Source: Pirellulales bacterium (GTDB lineage: Bacteria; Planctomycetota; Planctomycetia; Pirellulales; JAICIG01). Taken from it: a stretch of 64,000 nt of DNA. A program made the translations under genes and the position numbers. Shown piece by piece: positions 8,802 through 18,744 of this stretch; position 1 is the first letter of the stretch; each line of letters begins with the position of its first letter. The notes under the pieces were generated by a model that did not search any database, had not been told where the DNA came from, and saw only the letters and a program-made list of their open reading frames with translations. The stretch spans positions 12,253 to 76,252 of the forward strand of contig DASZPH010000071.1 of assembly GCA_035550375.1 (NCBI GenBank). Reading direction: 5' to 3'.

Positions 8802-9428
8802 CTATCCGCCGTGCCGCTGCTGGTAGATGGCCTGGAGAAGCGTCTCTACGTCGGGGTATTTCTTCTTGACCTTGAGGGCCGCCTCGAGCAGTCGCCGGGC
8901 GTCGCTCTCTGAGTGCCCCAATTGCCTGAGCACCTGGAACGTTTCTTCGATCACATCGTGTGCCACCTCGGCCTCGGCCGGCTGCTCGCGGGCCACCATC
9001 AAGGCGAACTTGGGGACCTTTCGGCGCAGCTTGGCGATAATCCGCTCGGCCAGGGCGGCGCCGACCCCGGGCAGGGCGGAGAGCGTCTTCGTGTCTTGTT
9101 CTTCGATGGCCGTGGCTACCTCCGGCACCGGCCGCACCATCGCCCGCAGCGCCTTTTTGACGCCTACTCCGTCGACGGAGCAAATCAACTCAAAGAACTC
9201 CCGCTCGATTTCGCTCAAAAAGCCGATCAGCCGGGGCGTCAGTCGCCCGTGGGCGGGATTCCCCTCCAGATAATCGATCGTGTGCAGGCTCACGTCTTGG
9301 CCGACGCGGTTCTGAAGCTGCCGCCGAGTGAACTCGGGAATTCGCACCTCGTATTCAAAGGCGCCGACGCCCAGAACGAGCGAGTCCTCATTGATCGTAA
9401 GAAGCCGGCCGGTGATTTTGGTGATCAT
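8802..9428 (-). CDS. ruvA: Holliday junction branch migration complex subunit RuvA
   Basis: MITKITGRL..., helix-hairpin-helix motifs [14 protein letters not shown] and [12 protein letters not shown], and a C-terminal domain III. Adjacent to ruvC. Confidence 0.9.
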   Translation of the reverse strand: MITKITGRLLTINEDSLVLGVGAFEYEVRIPEFTRRQLQNRVGQDVSLHTIDYLEGNPAHGRLTPRLIGFLSEIEREFFELICSVDGVGVKKALRAMVRPVPEVATAIEEQDTKTLSALPGVGAALAERIIAKLRRKVPKFALMVAREQPAEAEVAHDVIEETFQVLRQLGHSESDARRLLEAALKVKKKYPDVETLLQAIYQQRHGG

Positions 9429-9440
9429 GCGGGTGTTCCT

Positions 9441-10025
9441 TCAGCGCTCGGCGCTCGACGGCCCTCGGCGACGCGCCAGCGCGGCCCACTGCGGCTGGCG
9501 GTAATAATGGCACAGCGCGATCGCCAAAGCGTCGGCAACGTCGGGCGGCTCGGGCAATTGCTTCAATTTGAGCTCCAGTTGCACGGCTCGCTGCATCTGG
9601 TCTTTTTTCGCGCGTCCGTTGCCGGTGAGTGCTTTTTTGACCTGCGTGGCACTGTAGCTGATCACCGGCACACCGGCACGGGCGGCCGCCAGGCAAATGA
9701 CGCCGCGGGCGTGGCCCATCAAGATGGCCGTGCGGGGACGCTGATAGTGGCTATAAAGCTGCTCCAGCGCCATCGCGCACGGCTTGAGCTGATCGATGAC
9801 GTCGGCGACGCCTTCAAACAGCTCGGCGACGCGAGCGGTGAGCGAGCGTCGATCGCGCCCGCGAACGATGCCGGCCTCGCAGAGCTTCGGGCCGCCGACG
9901 GCCAGCTCCAGCACGCCGTAACCGGTCGTGTTCAGGCCCGGATCGATGCCGAGCACGCGCGGGGCAATCGGGCCGCTTCCCGCGCGAGGGATCGAGGTTC
10001 CACCAACTATTTCTGTCGGCTCCAT
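9441..10025 (-). CDS. ruvC: Crossover junction endodeoxyribonuclease RuvC
   Basis: VLGIDPGLNTTGYGVLE, and the C-terminal PEPPDVADALAIALCH. The annotated start overlaps the cysS stop by 19 nt, so the true start may be further downstream. Confidence 0.85.
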   Translation of the reverse strand: MEPTEIVGGTSIPRAGSGPIAPRVLGIDPGLNTTGYGVLELAVGGPKLCEAGIVRGRDRRSLTARVAELFEGVADVIDQLKPCAMALEQLYSHYQRPRTAILMGHARGVICLAAARAGVPVISYSATQVKKALTGNGRAKKDQMQRAVQLELKLKQLPEPPDVADALAIALCHYYRQPQWAALARRRGPSSAER

Positions 10026-11557
10026 TCCGTGCCCGTGGGCCGGTCTTCCAGCGCGATTCCCAACTCGCCGAGTCCCTGGCGGATGTGGTCGGCCATGGCA
10101 AAGTTCTTGGTTTTGCGGGCCTGGGCGCGGATGTCGATGAGGAGCGACATCAGCTTTCCCACCAGCTCGTCGCCGGCGGCCGCCGGTGTTTCGATCGGCT
10201 TGCGGAACAGGCCGAGCGTGGCCGTCAGCTCGCGCAGCACCTTGGTTCCGAGCTTGAGGGTGGCCAGCTTCCCGGCATCGGGCTTGGCCCCCGTTTCCCA
10301 GCCCGCGTCGTCGGCGAATTTGTTGAGCGCCCTGACCAGTTCAAACAAGATGCCGATGCCGCCGCCCGTATTGAAATCGTCGTCCATCGCCTCCAAGAAC
10401 TGGCGGCGGTAGTCCCCAACTTGCCGCTCGATCGGCTCGGAGCCGGGCGTGAATTCGCCCTCGCCGCGGCGCGGCGGGGGCTGGACACCGTAAAAACTCT
10501 CGCCAGCGATCCGCTCGTAGCGCTTGAAATAGCGGTAAAACGTGTCGAGCCCTTTTTCGACCTCCTGAATTCGCTCTTCGCTGTAGTCGATCGGCCGCCG
10601 GTAGTGCGTGGAGAGCAGGAAAAAACGAATCGTTTCGCCGGCGTACTTCGTCAACAGGTCGCGAAACGGGCTGGCTCCGGTCGACTTGGCTATTTTGCCC
10701 GCGACCTGGGCCGCCTCGTCACCCGCAGCGATCTCGCGCGTGGCGCGTCCGCCAACTTTGCCGACCTCGTTGCTGGCCTGCATCAGGCCGTTGTGGAGCC
10801 AGTATTTGGCCTGGGGCTTGCCGTGGCAGCACTCGCTCTGGGCAATTTCGTTCTCGTGGTGCGGAAAGATCAGGTCGAGGCCCCCTCCGTGGATGTCGAA
10901 CGTCGGCCCGAGTAGCCTGCGGCTCATGGCCGAGCATTCGATGTGCCAGCCGGGGCGACCCTTGCCCCAGGGGCTGTCCCAGGCGGGCTCACCCGGCTTG
11001 GCGTTTTTCCAGAGGGCGAAATCGGCCACCGACCGCTTCCGCTCGGCCGTCTCTCCCCCCTCACCTTGCAGCGCCGTTACGTCGCGGCGGCTGAGCTTGC
11101 CGTACTCGGGGTCGCGGCCAACCTCAAAATAGACGTCCCCGTCCGATTCGTAGGCGTAGCGCCGGTCGATCAGTTCCTTGGTAAAGTGAATGATCTCGTC
11201 GATGTTTTCCGTCGCCCGCGGAAAATGATCGATCGTGTCGATCCCCATCGCTTCCAGGTTGCGGTGGTAATCGGCCGTCATCTCCTCGGCCACGGCCGAC
11301 ATGGGAATGCCGCGCTTCTGAGCTTCGGCAATCAACTTGTCGTCGACGTCGGTGATGTTCACCACGAACGTCACCTGGTAGCCGCAGTAGACCAGGTACC
11401 GTTTGATGGCGTCGAAAATCACCGGTCCAACCATGTGGCCGATATGGCTCGGCTTGTAAACCGTCGGACCGCAGAGATAGATGCCCACGCGGCCAGGAAC
11501 GACCGGCTCGAAGGCTTCCTTGGTTCGGCTGAGAGTGCTGTAAACGCGTATCGACAT
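10007..11557 (-). CDS. cysS: Cysteine--tRNA ligase
   Basis: The class I HIGH motif (CGPTVYKPSHIGHM), FDIHGGGLDLIFPHHENEIAQSE, and the expected length and order of blocks. Confidence 0.92.
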   Translation of the reverse strand: MSIRVYSTLSRTKEAFEPVVPGRVGIYLCGPTVYKPSHIGHMVGPVIFDAIKRYLVYCGYQVTFVVNITDVDDKLIAEAQKRGIPMSAVAEEMTADYHRNLEAMGIDTIDHFPRATENIDEIIHFTKELIDRRYAYESDGDVYFEVGRDPEYGKLSRRDVTALQGEGGETAERKRSVADFALWKNAKPGEPAWDSPWGKGRPGWHIECSAMSRRLLGPTFDIHGGGLDLIFPHHENEIAQSECCHGKPQAKYWLHNGLMQASNEVGKVGGRATREIAAGDEAAQVAGKIAKSTGASPFRDLLTKYAGETIRFFLLSTHYRRPIDYSEERIQEVEKGLDTFYRYFKRYERIAGESFYGVQPPPRRGEGEFTPGSEPIERQVGDYRRQFLEAMDDDFNTGGGIGILFELVRALNKFADDAGWETGAKPDAGKLATLKLGTKVLRELTATLGLFRKPIETPAAAGDELVGKLMSLLIDIRAQARKTKNFAMADHIRQGLGELGIALEDRPTGTEWSRQK

Positions 11558-11566
11558 AAAAGAGAC

Positions 11567-12040
11567 TCAGGTGGGCATCCGCTCGAGCAGCACGACCGCT
11601 TCGGCCATAAGGGCCTCCTGCCGGCCGACCGGCCCGACCCGCTCTCCGGTCTTGGCCTTGAAGCCGACGCATTCGACGGGCAGATCGACGATGGCGGCGA
11701 TCCGCTCTCGAATGGCCGCCTTATAGGCCGACAGCTTGGGGCGCTCGGCGAAGACGATCGAGTCGACGTTCACCAACCGATAGCCGGCCGCGGTGACCGC
11801 GTCGAGCGCCCGCTCGAGCATATCGGCCGAATCGCGGCCGCGGTTGGCCGGGTCGGTGTCGGGGAAGAGCTCGCCGATATCCCCCAGGGCGGCGGCGCCA
11901 AGCAAGGCGTCGGTGATGGCGTGCAACAGCACGTCGGCGTCACTGTGCCCGACCATGCTCTGATCGTGCGGAACATCGACGCCTCCCAGCCGTAACGGCC
12001 CGCCTGGTTGAAGGCGATGCGTATCGTGTCCGATTCCCAC
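11567..12040 (-). CDS. ispF: 2-C-methyl-D-erythritol 2,4-cyclodiphosphate synthase
   Basis: IGHDTHRL..., GHSDADVLLHAITDALLGAAALGDIGELFPDTDP. Length 157 aa. Confidence 0.9.
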   Translation of the reverse strand: MGIGHDTHRLQPGGPLRLGGVDVPHDQSMVGHSDADVLLHAITDALLGAAALGDIGELFPDTDPANRGRDSADMLERALDAVTAAGYRLVNVDSIVFAERPKLSAYKAAIRERIAAIVDLPVECVGFKAKTGERVGPVGRQEALMAEAVVLLERMPT

Positions 12041-12259
12041 TCGTGCGGCCAGCGTGGCTCAACCCTCCGTGAACTGGTGTGCAGCGTGGAGTTCCACGAA
12101 AACGGGGATTGTAGCGGATAGGAAGGCTGGATGACAATGTGGAGTTGCGGTGGGAAGACTGTGGGGCCGGGGTGTGGCGATGTGGCAAGGCGGCCGCCGG
12201 AACGCTGGATCCTGACCTGCCCTCAAAGCGGCAGGCGAGACGCCTGCCCCACGGGTGCC

Positions 12260-13222
12260 TCACTCCGAGGCGGCAGAGAGATACTCATCGAGTTCTCGGC
12301 TCGACGAAATCGCCAAGTCTGACTCGCGCAGCGCCAAGAGGCTTGTTTCGTCGCCGCGTTTCAGAATCTCGACCCGCGCAAACCGGTCGCGCGCGCTGGG
12401 AACGCAGGCCACCACGTACGAATCGCCGATGACGCTCAAGCGGCGGTTGCGTAGCCGAACCTCCAGCCCCGTACGCTCGTCGACCCCGATGCCGATCAGC
12501 TCCGGGTGCGCGGTGACCACGCCTAAAAGGCGTTTCAACCGGTTGCGCTGCAGCAGATGCTGGTCGATCACCGAATCGGGCAGGAGCCCCAGGCCGCTGG
12601 CTTCGACCGCGTCACTTCGTCCCCCCGCGATCATCAGGGGCGACATCACCGCGGCGCCGGCCGAGCTGCCCCCCACCACGCCGCCCCGTTCCAGCAGTCG
12701 CTTGATTTCGCGCTCGACGTCCGTGCCCGAATAGGTCGACGAAAGCCATTCTTGATCGCCCCCTCCAAGCCACACTCCCGTGGCGCTCGCGATCGCTTGC
12801 ACGAATCGGGCCGCGTTCGCCAGCTTCGGCGAGCGGGCGCTAACGAGCTCGACCGACCGCGCCCCTAGCCGCCGCCAGGGGTCGAGAAACGCCTCCGAAA
12901 GTTCGTCGTCGTCACCCACGTAGATGCCGGGAATGACGACCAGACGGGCCTCGCTTCCTCCGGCCCGGTCGTAGAAGCGCCGCCGCAGCTCTTCGGGCAG
13001 CTTCCCGCCGCCGCAGATCAACAGCGTCCCTCCCGGCTCAGGCCGAACGGTTTCTGCTTCGGCGAGCTTGCTTTGCGCCTGTAAATGCCACAGCCAGGCC
13101 CCCAAAGCGGCCACACAAGAAACGCCGACCAACGACACCGACCAGGCGACTCGCCGGTTCACCTTGCGGCACAACCCTCTCGGCATCAAGCCGACGATCC
13201 TTGTTAGCATCCAAAAGCCCAA
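12260..13222 (-). CDS. Peptidase S51 / cyanophycinase-like (class I glutamine amidotransferase-like fold), membrane-anchored
   Basis: LLICGGG..., WLGGGDQ, nucleophile elbow VVGGSSAGAAVM, IDQHLLQRNRLKRL, and an N-terminal TM WSVSLVGVSCVAALGAWLW. Confidence 0.7.
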   Translation of the reverse strand: MGFWMLTRIVGLMPRGLCRKVNRRVAWSVSLVGVSCVAALGAWLWHLQAQSKLAEAETVRPEPGGTLLICGGGKLPEELRRRFYDRAGGSEARLVVIPGIYVGDDDELSEAFLDPWRRLGARSVELVSARSPKLANAARFVQAIASATGVWLGGGDQEWLSSTYSGTDVEREIKRLLERGGVVGGSSAGAAVMSPLMIAGGRSDAVEASGLGLLPDSVIDQHLLQRNRLKRLLGVVTAHPELIGIGVDERTGLEVRLRNRRLSVIGDSYVVACVPSARDRFARVEILKRGDETSLLALRESDLAISSSRELDEYLSAASE

Positions 13223-13337
13223 ATACGGCCCTGTAGTTTGGATCGGAGGGAGGGCAAATAGGATGCCTTCCTGGCTTCCATTCTATCTCGCGGCCCAACG
13301 AAGGGAACTGCCGGTGGCCGCCCACCCTCCTTGGGGT

Positions 13338-13595
13338 CTACATCAACAGATAAGCAACGGTGGCCACCACCCCCAGCAGGCCAAACACGCAAAACCACAC
13401 AGGTCGGCCGCTGAAGGGGGACGTCGAGTGGACGACGCAGTCGCCGCAGTACGGGCACTGCTCGGCATCTTCAAAAATCTCTTCGCCGCACAACGGACAC
13501 CTTACCAGTTCGGCGTCGTCGTCTGCGTCACCATACTCCACATCTTCCCAGCCGTCGTCCTCATCGACTGTCATCGCGGCAACTTGGCGGGGCAA
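13338..13595 (-). CDS. Small zinc-ribbon protein with an acidic N-terminus and a C-terminal TM helix (hypothetical)
   Basis: RCPLCGEEIFEDAEQCPYCG (CxxC...CxxC) followed by WFCVFGLLGVVATVAYLL. GC3 is high and the gene is tightly spaced behind the DUF1501 gene. Confidence 0.5.
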   Translation of the reverse strand: MPRQVAAMTVDEDDGWEDVEYGDADDDAELVRCPLCGEEIFEDAEQCPYCGDCVVHSTSPFSGRPVWFCVFGLLGVVATVAYLLM

Positions 13596-13613
13596 GCAGG
13601 GCTGGCAAAGCCA

Positions 13614-15071
13614 TCACGCGAACAGGCCCGACACCACGCTCCCCTTCACCAGCTCGCGCGGCTGGTTGAGGTGGTTATAAACGATCGTGTCGGGGTTGAT
13701 GCCGCAGGCGTGATAGATGGTGGCCAGGATGTCGCACGGATGGACCGGGTTTTCAACCGGTGCAGAGCCCGTCGCGTCAGATTTTCCGTAGACGAAGCCT
13801 CGTTTGATGCCCGCGCCGGCCATCACTGCCGTGTAGCAATAAGGCCAGTGATCGCGTCCATCGTCGGTGTTTGAGTTGCCTGAGGTGCTTACGCCGCGCT
13901 TCGGACTGCGGCCGAATTCGCCGATGGCGATCACCAGCGTCTCGTCGAGCAGGCCGCGGTCGTCCAGATCGGCAATCAACCCCGAAACACCCGCATCGAG
14001 CAGTGGGGCCGACTGGTTCTTCATGCGGGCCGAGAGCCCCGCGTGGACATCCCACGAGTGGTTATCGCTATTGGCGACCTTGGGCCAGTTGATCTCAATG
14101 AAGCGCGTGCCGGCCTCGATCAAGCGCCGGGCCAGCAGGCAGCTCATGCCGAACGTATTGTTGCCATAAGCTTCTTTGGTGGCCGGCGATTCCTTGCCCA
14201 GATCGAACGCCTCGCGTGCTCGCCCCGAAATCACCAGCGACAGCGCCTTGTCGTAGTATTCGTCCAGGTCGTACTTGGCCGTGGCCTTTTCCACCGCCGG
14301 CATTCCTTCCTTGATTACGTCACGCAGCTTGGCCCGCCGCTCGAGCCGCGTCGCCGTCAGCTCGGGACGCAACTGCAGGTCGTCCACCTTGATGCGAGAC
14401 ATCTTGGTCATGTCCATGTCGTCGCCGGCCGGGAACAGGTAGTACGGATCGAACGCTCGGCCCAGGAAGCCGGCCGTCCCCGCCTTGCCGACCACGTTGC
14501 TCTCTTGCGTGGGGCGGGGCATCATCACGTAGGGCAACATCGGCACCGTCGGCGGTTTAAGCCGGATGATGTTGCTGCCAAGATTCGGATAGTCCTTGGG
14601 GCTGGGCGGTTCGAGCTGGCCCGACGGACTGACCTTGTCGGCGGTGTATCCCGTTAGCAGTTGGTAATAGGCGGCCGTGTGGTTAAACAGTCCCACTGGC
14701 GTATAACTGACCGACCGAATCAGCGTCAGACGGTCGGTGACCGAGGCAATTTTGGGGAGCAGCTCGGTTACGTCCATGCCCGACACCTTGGTGCCGATCG
14801 GATTGAAAATGCTTTTTACGTTGTCCGGCACATCGGTCTTGGGATCCCAAAGATCGAGATGGCTCGGACCGCCCTGAAGGAAAATAAAGATGACGCTCTT
14901 GGCCTTGTTCCAGCCGGGCCCGCCGAGGCTCGCCTCCTTCGCTTGCGCCTTGAAACGCAACAGATCGGCCAAAGAGATGCCCAGCGCGGCGGACCCGCCG
15001 ACACGAAGAATCTCGCGCCGCGTCACGCCATCGCATGTATCCTTACCGGGACGGCCTGGAATCACGAACAT
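13614..15071 (-). CDS. DUF1501 domain protein (sulfatase-like, Tat signal)
   Basis: The ATG at 15071 gives [31 protein letters not shown] (twin-arginine-like). Family blocks are [17 protein letters not shown] and a C-terminal GEFGRSP...GRDHWP. Confidence 0.85.
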   Translation of the reverse strand: MFVIPGRPGKDTCDGVTRREILRVGGSAALGISLADLLRFKAQAKEASLGGPGWNKAKSVIFIFLQGGPSHLDLWDPKTDVPDNVKSIFNPIGTKVSGMDVTELLPKIASVTDRLTLIRSVSYTPVGLFNHTAAYYQLLTGYTADKVSPSGQLEPPSPKDYPNLGSNIIRLKPPTVPMLPYVMMPRPTQESNVVGKAGTAGFLGRAFDPYYLFPAGDDMDMTKMSRIKVDDLQLRPELTATRLERRAKLRDVIKEGMPAVEKATAKYDLDEYYDKALSLVISGRAREAFDLGKESPATKEAYGNNTFGMSCLLARRLIEAGTRFIEINWPKVANSDNHSWDVHAGLSARMKNQSAPLLDAGVSGLIADLDDRGLLDETLVIAIGEFGRSPKRGVSTSGNSNTDDGRDHWPYCYTAVMAGAGIKRGFVYGKSDATGSAPVENPVHPCDILATIYHACGINPDTIVYNHLNQPRELVKGSVVSGLFA

Positions 15072-15724
15072 TGCTGAGGTCTCCGCAAAAAAGCGATGCT
15101 CTATAGCGAACGCGCGGCGCGCATTCCGCAAGGGGTGGGCACAGGGAAGGTTGTGGCAATATATCGTCGACCGTAAGCCCCTGTCAACGTTCCATCAATA
15201 ATGGTGGATGTGTTCGATGAGCCCTTGCCCGCCCCCCAAAGGAAAGCGGGCCGGAACCAGCGAGCCTCCCTCTCTATCGCCTCGGAGAGCGGCCCCCAAG
15301 GCTTCAAAAACTACCTAGATTTCCTGAACCCCTTGCATTACTCCACCGTTCCGTGTCACAACATCAGTTACAACGTCGCTGGTGGGTGACGGTAACTGCG
15401 GACCGGGGCGTCGCTTAGGGCCGCAGAGGGGTACCACCGGGTTGGTGACTTACGATCGCCGCTCGGCATGAGTGCCGCGCCAGGGCATCGTGTTGTGCAT
15501 TCGCAACACGGCCTCTGGCGTGTGCTGCCGAAAGGCAACGGCGCGTGGCGCCCGGCAGGGCTGCCGTGCCCGCGCTAACTTCGCCAACGCCTTTGGCCGC
15601 GAACGACTTACGGCCGTTCTCTCCTGAATGGATGCCGGGGCTGGCACCCCGCGTGCGTTTTGTCTCCGAAGTCACATCGCCTTCGGGTTGGCAACAACAC
15701 ATTCCGCCAGCCGTATCACGACCC

Positions 15725-17407
15725 ATGACAGGAAACTCGACCTTGGCCAAAGTCTCCAGACAGCTCAATCATGCTCGCCAGAATTCCATTCATCCGGCTC
15801 ACCGGAAGACGCGTGAGCCGGCGCCGGGCAGCAGCGGCAGCCGGGCGAACGGTTTCGATTTCGACGACGAGGTCGGCGCTTTGGAGCATGCCGACGAGCA
15901 CGAATCGGCTGTCGAGGACGAGGCCGATGATGACGCCGAACTCAAACGCCGCAGCGAGGCGGCCGATGAAGACGAGGAGGTTGGTTTCGGCGACGAAGAA
16001 CTCGCCGGCAGTCTCGGCACCGACCGGATCGACGACCCCGTGCGCATCTACCTGATGCAGATGGGCGAGATTCCCCTCCTGTCTCGAGACGAAGAAGTGG
16101 CGGCCGCCAAAGAGATCGACCGCACGCGACGCCGCTACCGCACGACCCTGCTGGCCAGCGATTTCCTGCTGCAGGGGGCGGTGGCCCTGCTCAAGAAAGT
16201 TCGTGACGGCGAGTTGCGGCTCGACCGCACCGTCGACGTTTCCGTCACCGACGCGGCGGAGAAAAAGCGGATCATGGCCCGCTTGCACCCGAACCTGAAG
16301 ACGCTCGACCATTTGTTGAAGCAGAACGAGCGAGATTTCCGCACGGTTATCAGCCGCAGCGCGAAGATGGCCGAACGGCGAGCGGCCTGGCGACGATTGG
16401 TACTCCGCCGGCACAAGGCCGTGCGCCTGGTGGAAGAACTCGATCTGCGCACGCAGCGTCTGCAACCGCTCATGGAGAAACTGGCCCAGATCTCCAGGCG
16501 CATGGACGACCTGATCGGGCAACTCAACGAACTGCGCGGCAAGCCCGCCGCGGCCGACGCGGCAAACGCCCTCCGCAAGGAACTGCGTTACCTGATGCGG
16601 ATCACGCTGGAAAGTCCCTCGACTTTGCGGGCGCGCACGGCCAACACGGCCGTCTGCCTGAAGCACTACGATGCGGCGAAACGGGTTCTCTCGGCCGGCA
16701 ACTTGCGGCTGGTCGTGTCCATCGCCAAGCGCTACCGCAACCGCGGACTGACCTTTCTCGACCTGATTCAGGAGGGGAACACCGGGCTGATGCGGGCTGT
16801 CGACAAGTTTGAACACGGCCGCGGCTTCAAGTTCTCGACCTATGCCACCTGGTGGATCCGGCAGGCCATCACGCGGGCCATCGCCGACCAGAGCCGCACG
16901 ATCCGCCTGCCGGTCCACATGATCGAGACGATGGGGCGCGTGCGTGAGGTAACCCGCGATTGGCTGCAGCGGCATGGGCGGGAGCCGACCGTCGAAGAGA
17001 CGGCCGCGGCGACCGGCCTGACCTTGGAAGAAGCCCGTTGCGTGCTGAAAATGACCCGCCATCCGCTGTCGCTCGACCAGCCGGTGGGCGATCACGACGA
17101 CAGCTTCTTCGGCGAATTCGTGGAAGACCACCGCGACGAAGATCCGCTGCAGGAGATGACCCAAAAACTGCTCAAGCAACGGCTGGCCGACGCCCTGGGC
17201 GAGTTGAACTACCGCGAGCGGGAAATCATCCGATTGCGATATGGTTTGGCCGACGGGTACTCGTATACTTTAGAGGAAGTCGGCAAGATCTTTTCCGTGA
17301 CGCGGGAGCGCGTACGGCAGATCGAGGCCAAGGCGGTGCGCAAGCTGCAACACCCGATCCGCTGCCGCCGGCTGGCGGGCTTTTTGGACCGGGTGGAGAC
17401 GGCATAG
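15725..17407 (+). CDS. rpoD: Primary RNA polymerase sigma-70 factor
   Basis: Region 1.2 [17 protein letters not shown], region 2 [55 protein letters not shown], region 4 [26 protein letters not shown], and an acidic N-terminal region. The ATG at 15725 is chosen over the upstream extension from 15545. Confidence 0.9.
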   Translation: MTGNSTLAKVSRQLNHARQNSIHPAHRKTREPAPGSSGSRANGFDFDDEVGALEHADEHESAVEDEADDDAELKRRSEAADEDEEVGFGDEELAGSLGTDRIDDPVRIYLMQMGEIPLLSRDEEVAAAKEIDRTRRRYRTTLLASDFLLQGAVALLKKVRDGELRLDRTVDVSVTDAAEKKRIMARLHPNLKTLDHLLKQNERDFRTVISRSAKMAERRAAWRRLVLRRHKAVRLVEELDLRTQRLQPLMEKLAQISRRMDDLIGQLNELRGKPAAADAANALRKELRYLMRITLESPSTLRARTANTAVCLKHYDAAKRVLSAGNLRLVVSIAKRYRNRGLTFLDLIQEGNTGLMRAVDKFEHGRGFKFSTYATWWIRQAITRAIADQSRTIRLPVHMIETMGRVREVTRDWLQRHGREPTVEETAAATGLTLEEARCVLKMTRHPLSLDQPVGDHDDSFFGEFVEDHRDEDPLQEMTQKLLKQRLADALGELNYREREIIRLRYGLADGYSYTLEEVGKIFSVTRERVRQIEAKAVRKLQHPIRCRRLAGFLDRVETA

Positions 17408-17470
17408 ACGGCTGTCGCCGGGCGTGAGCTTTCGCGGAAGAAATCGAACGTTTGTAGTACGGAGGACAAC

Positions 17471-18739
17471 ATGCAAACGACCTACCGTCTGCCCATGCTG
17501 TTCGCTCTCCTGGTCGGCACCGCCGGTCAGGTCCGCGCGGCCGACATTTATGCCGAGCGGCGCGAGCGGATGGTGGAGACCGCCATCATCGGGCAGGGAA
17601 TCAGCGACGAGCGCGTGATCGCCGTCATGGGCAAGGTGCCGCGCCACGAGTTCATGCCGAGGGATCAGCGCGAACAGGCCTACTTCGACATGGCGTTGCC
17701 GATCGGCGAAGGTCAGACGATTTCGCCGCCGTTCGTCGTTGCCTCGATGACCGAGCATCTCGAGCCCAAGCCCACCGACAAGGTGTTGGAGATCGGCACG
17801 GGGAGCGGTTACCAGGCGGCGGTCCTCAGCGGCCTGGTCAAAGATGTCTACACCATCGAGATCCAGAAACCGCTGGGCGTGATTGCGGAGCAACGACTAC
17901 GCCGCCTGGGCTACAAGAACGTCCACACCCGCATCGGCGACGGCTACAAGGGTTGGCCGGAAGCGGCCCCCTTCGACAAGATCATCGTCACCTGCTCGCC
18001 CGAAAAGATTCCCCAGCCGCTCATCGACCAGCTCGCCGACGGCGGGCGCATGATGATCCCGGTCGGACAGCGCTTTCAGCAAGTGCTCTATCTTTACACG
18101 AAGAAGGGCGACAAGTTGGAGAAAGAGGCGGTTGAGGCGACGATGTTCGTACCGATGACCGGCACGGCAGAAACGCTGCGCGAGGTCGAGTACGACGCCG
18201 CCCACCCCGAACTGGTCAACGGCAGCTTTGAAGAGTCGACCATTATCGAAGGGGTGCCCGATGGCTGGTACTACGCCCGTAAGTGTGAACTGAGAAAGCT
18301 CCGCGACGCTCCCGACGGCGACCAGGTGCTTATCTGCTCGAACACCGAGCCGGGCAAGTTCTCGCAGATCCTGCAAGGGTTCGGTGTGGACGGGCAGAAA
18401 GTGCGACAACTCGATGTGCGGCTTTGGGCCCGGGCCATGGAGGTACTTCCGCCGTTGGGCCAGCCAAACCGGGGTCCGCGACTTGTCATCACCTTCTACG
18501 ACAAGAACCGGGCCGAGGTGGGGACGGACTCGATCGGTCCCTTCACCGGCACGTTCGGCTGGACCGAAAAGCACAAGTCCATGAATGTTCCGCCCCGCGC
18601 TCGACTCGCCGTTCTTTATCTTGGACTTCTCGGCTCGACCGGCGAACTGTCGTTCGACAAGGTGAGCGTCAAGGCGATCGAAAACGCGCGGTACAAGCCC
18701 GTCGAAGACGCGAGCATCAAGGCCGCCGAGGGCAAGTAG
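17471..18739 (+). CDS. pcm: Exported protein-L-isoaspartate O-methyltransferase with a ~190-aa C-terminal beta-rich extension
   Basis: GGAGGA lies 4 nt before the ATG. Signal peptide MQTTYRLPMLFALLVGTAGQVRAAD. PIMT blocks VPRHEFMP, GEGQTISPPFVVASMTE, and SAM motif VLEIGTGSGYQAAVL. The extension begins ELVNGSFE. Confidence 0.85.
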   Translation: MQTTYRLPMLFALLVGTAGQVRAADIYAERRERMVETAIIGQGISDERVIAVMGKVPRHEFMPRDQREQAYFDMALPIGEGQTISPPFVVASMTEHLEPKPTDKVLEIGTGSGYQAAVLSGLVKDVYTIEIQKPLGVIAEQRLRRLGYKNVHTRIGDGYKGWPEAAPFDKIIVTCSPEKIPQPLIDQLADGGRMMIPVGQRFQQVLYLYTKKGDKLEKEAVEATMFVPMTGTAETLREVEYDAAHPELVNGSFEESTIIEGVPDGWYYARKCELRKLRDAPDGDQVLICSNTEPGKFSQILQGFGVDGQKVRQLDVRLWARAMEVLPPLGQPNRGPRLVITFYDKNRAEVGTDSIGPFTGTFGWTEKHKSMNVPPRARLAVLYLGLLGSTGELSFDKVSVKAIENARYKPVEDASIKAAEGK

Positions 18740-18744
18740 CGTTC

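Noticed and set aside
15225-15300. 'GGAAAGCGGGCC...' reminiscent of the RNase P RNA GGAAAGUCCGGGC block in the rpoD upstream spacer
   Set aside because: No other RNase P conserved regions or pairings are present nearby. The similarity is limited to about 10 nt.
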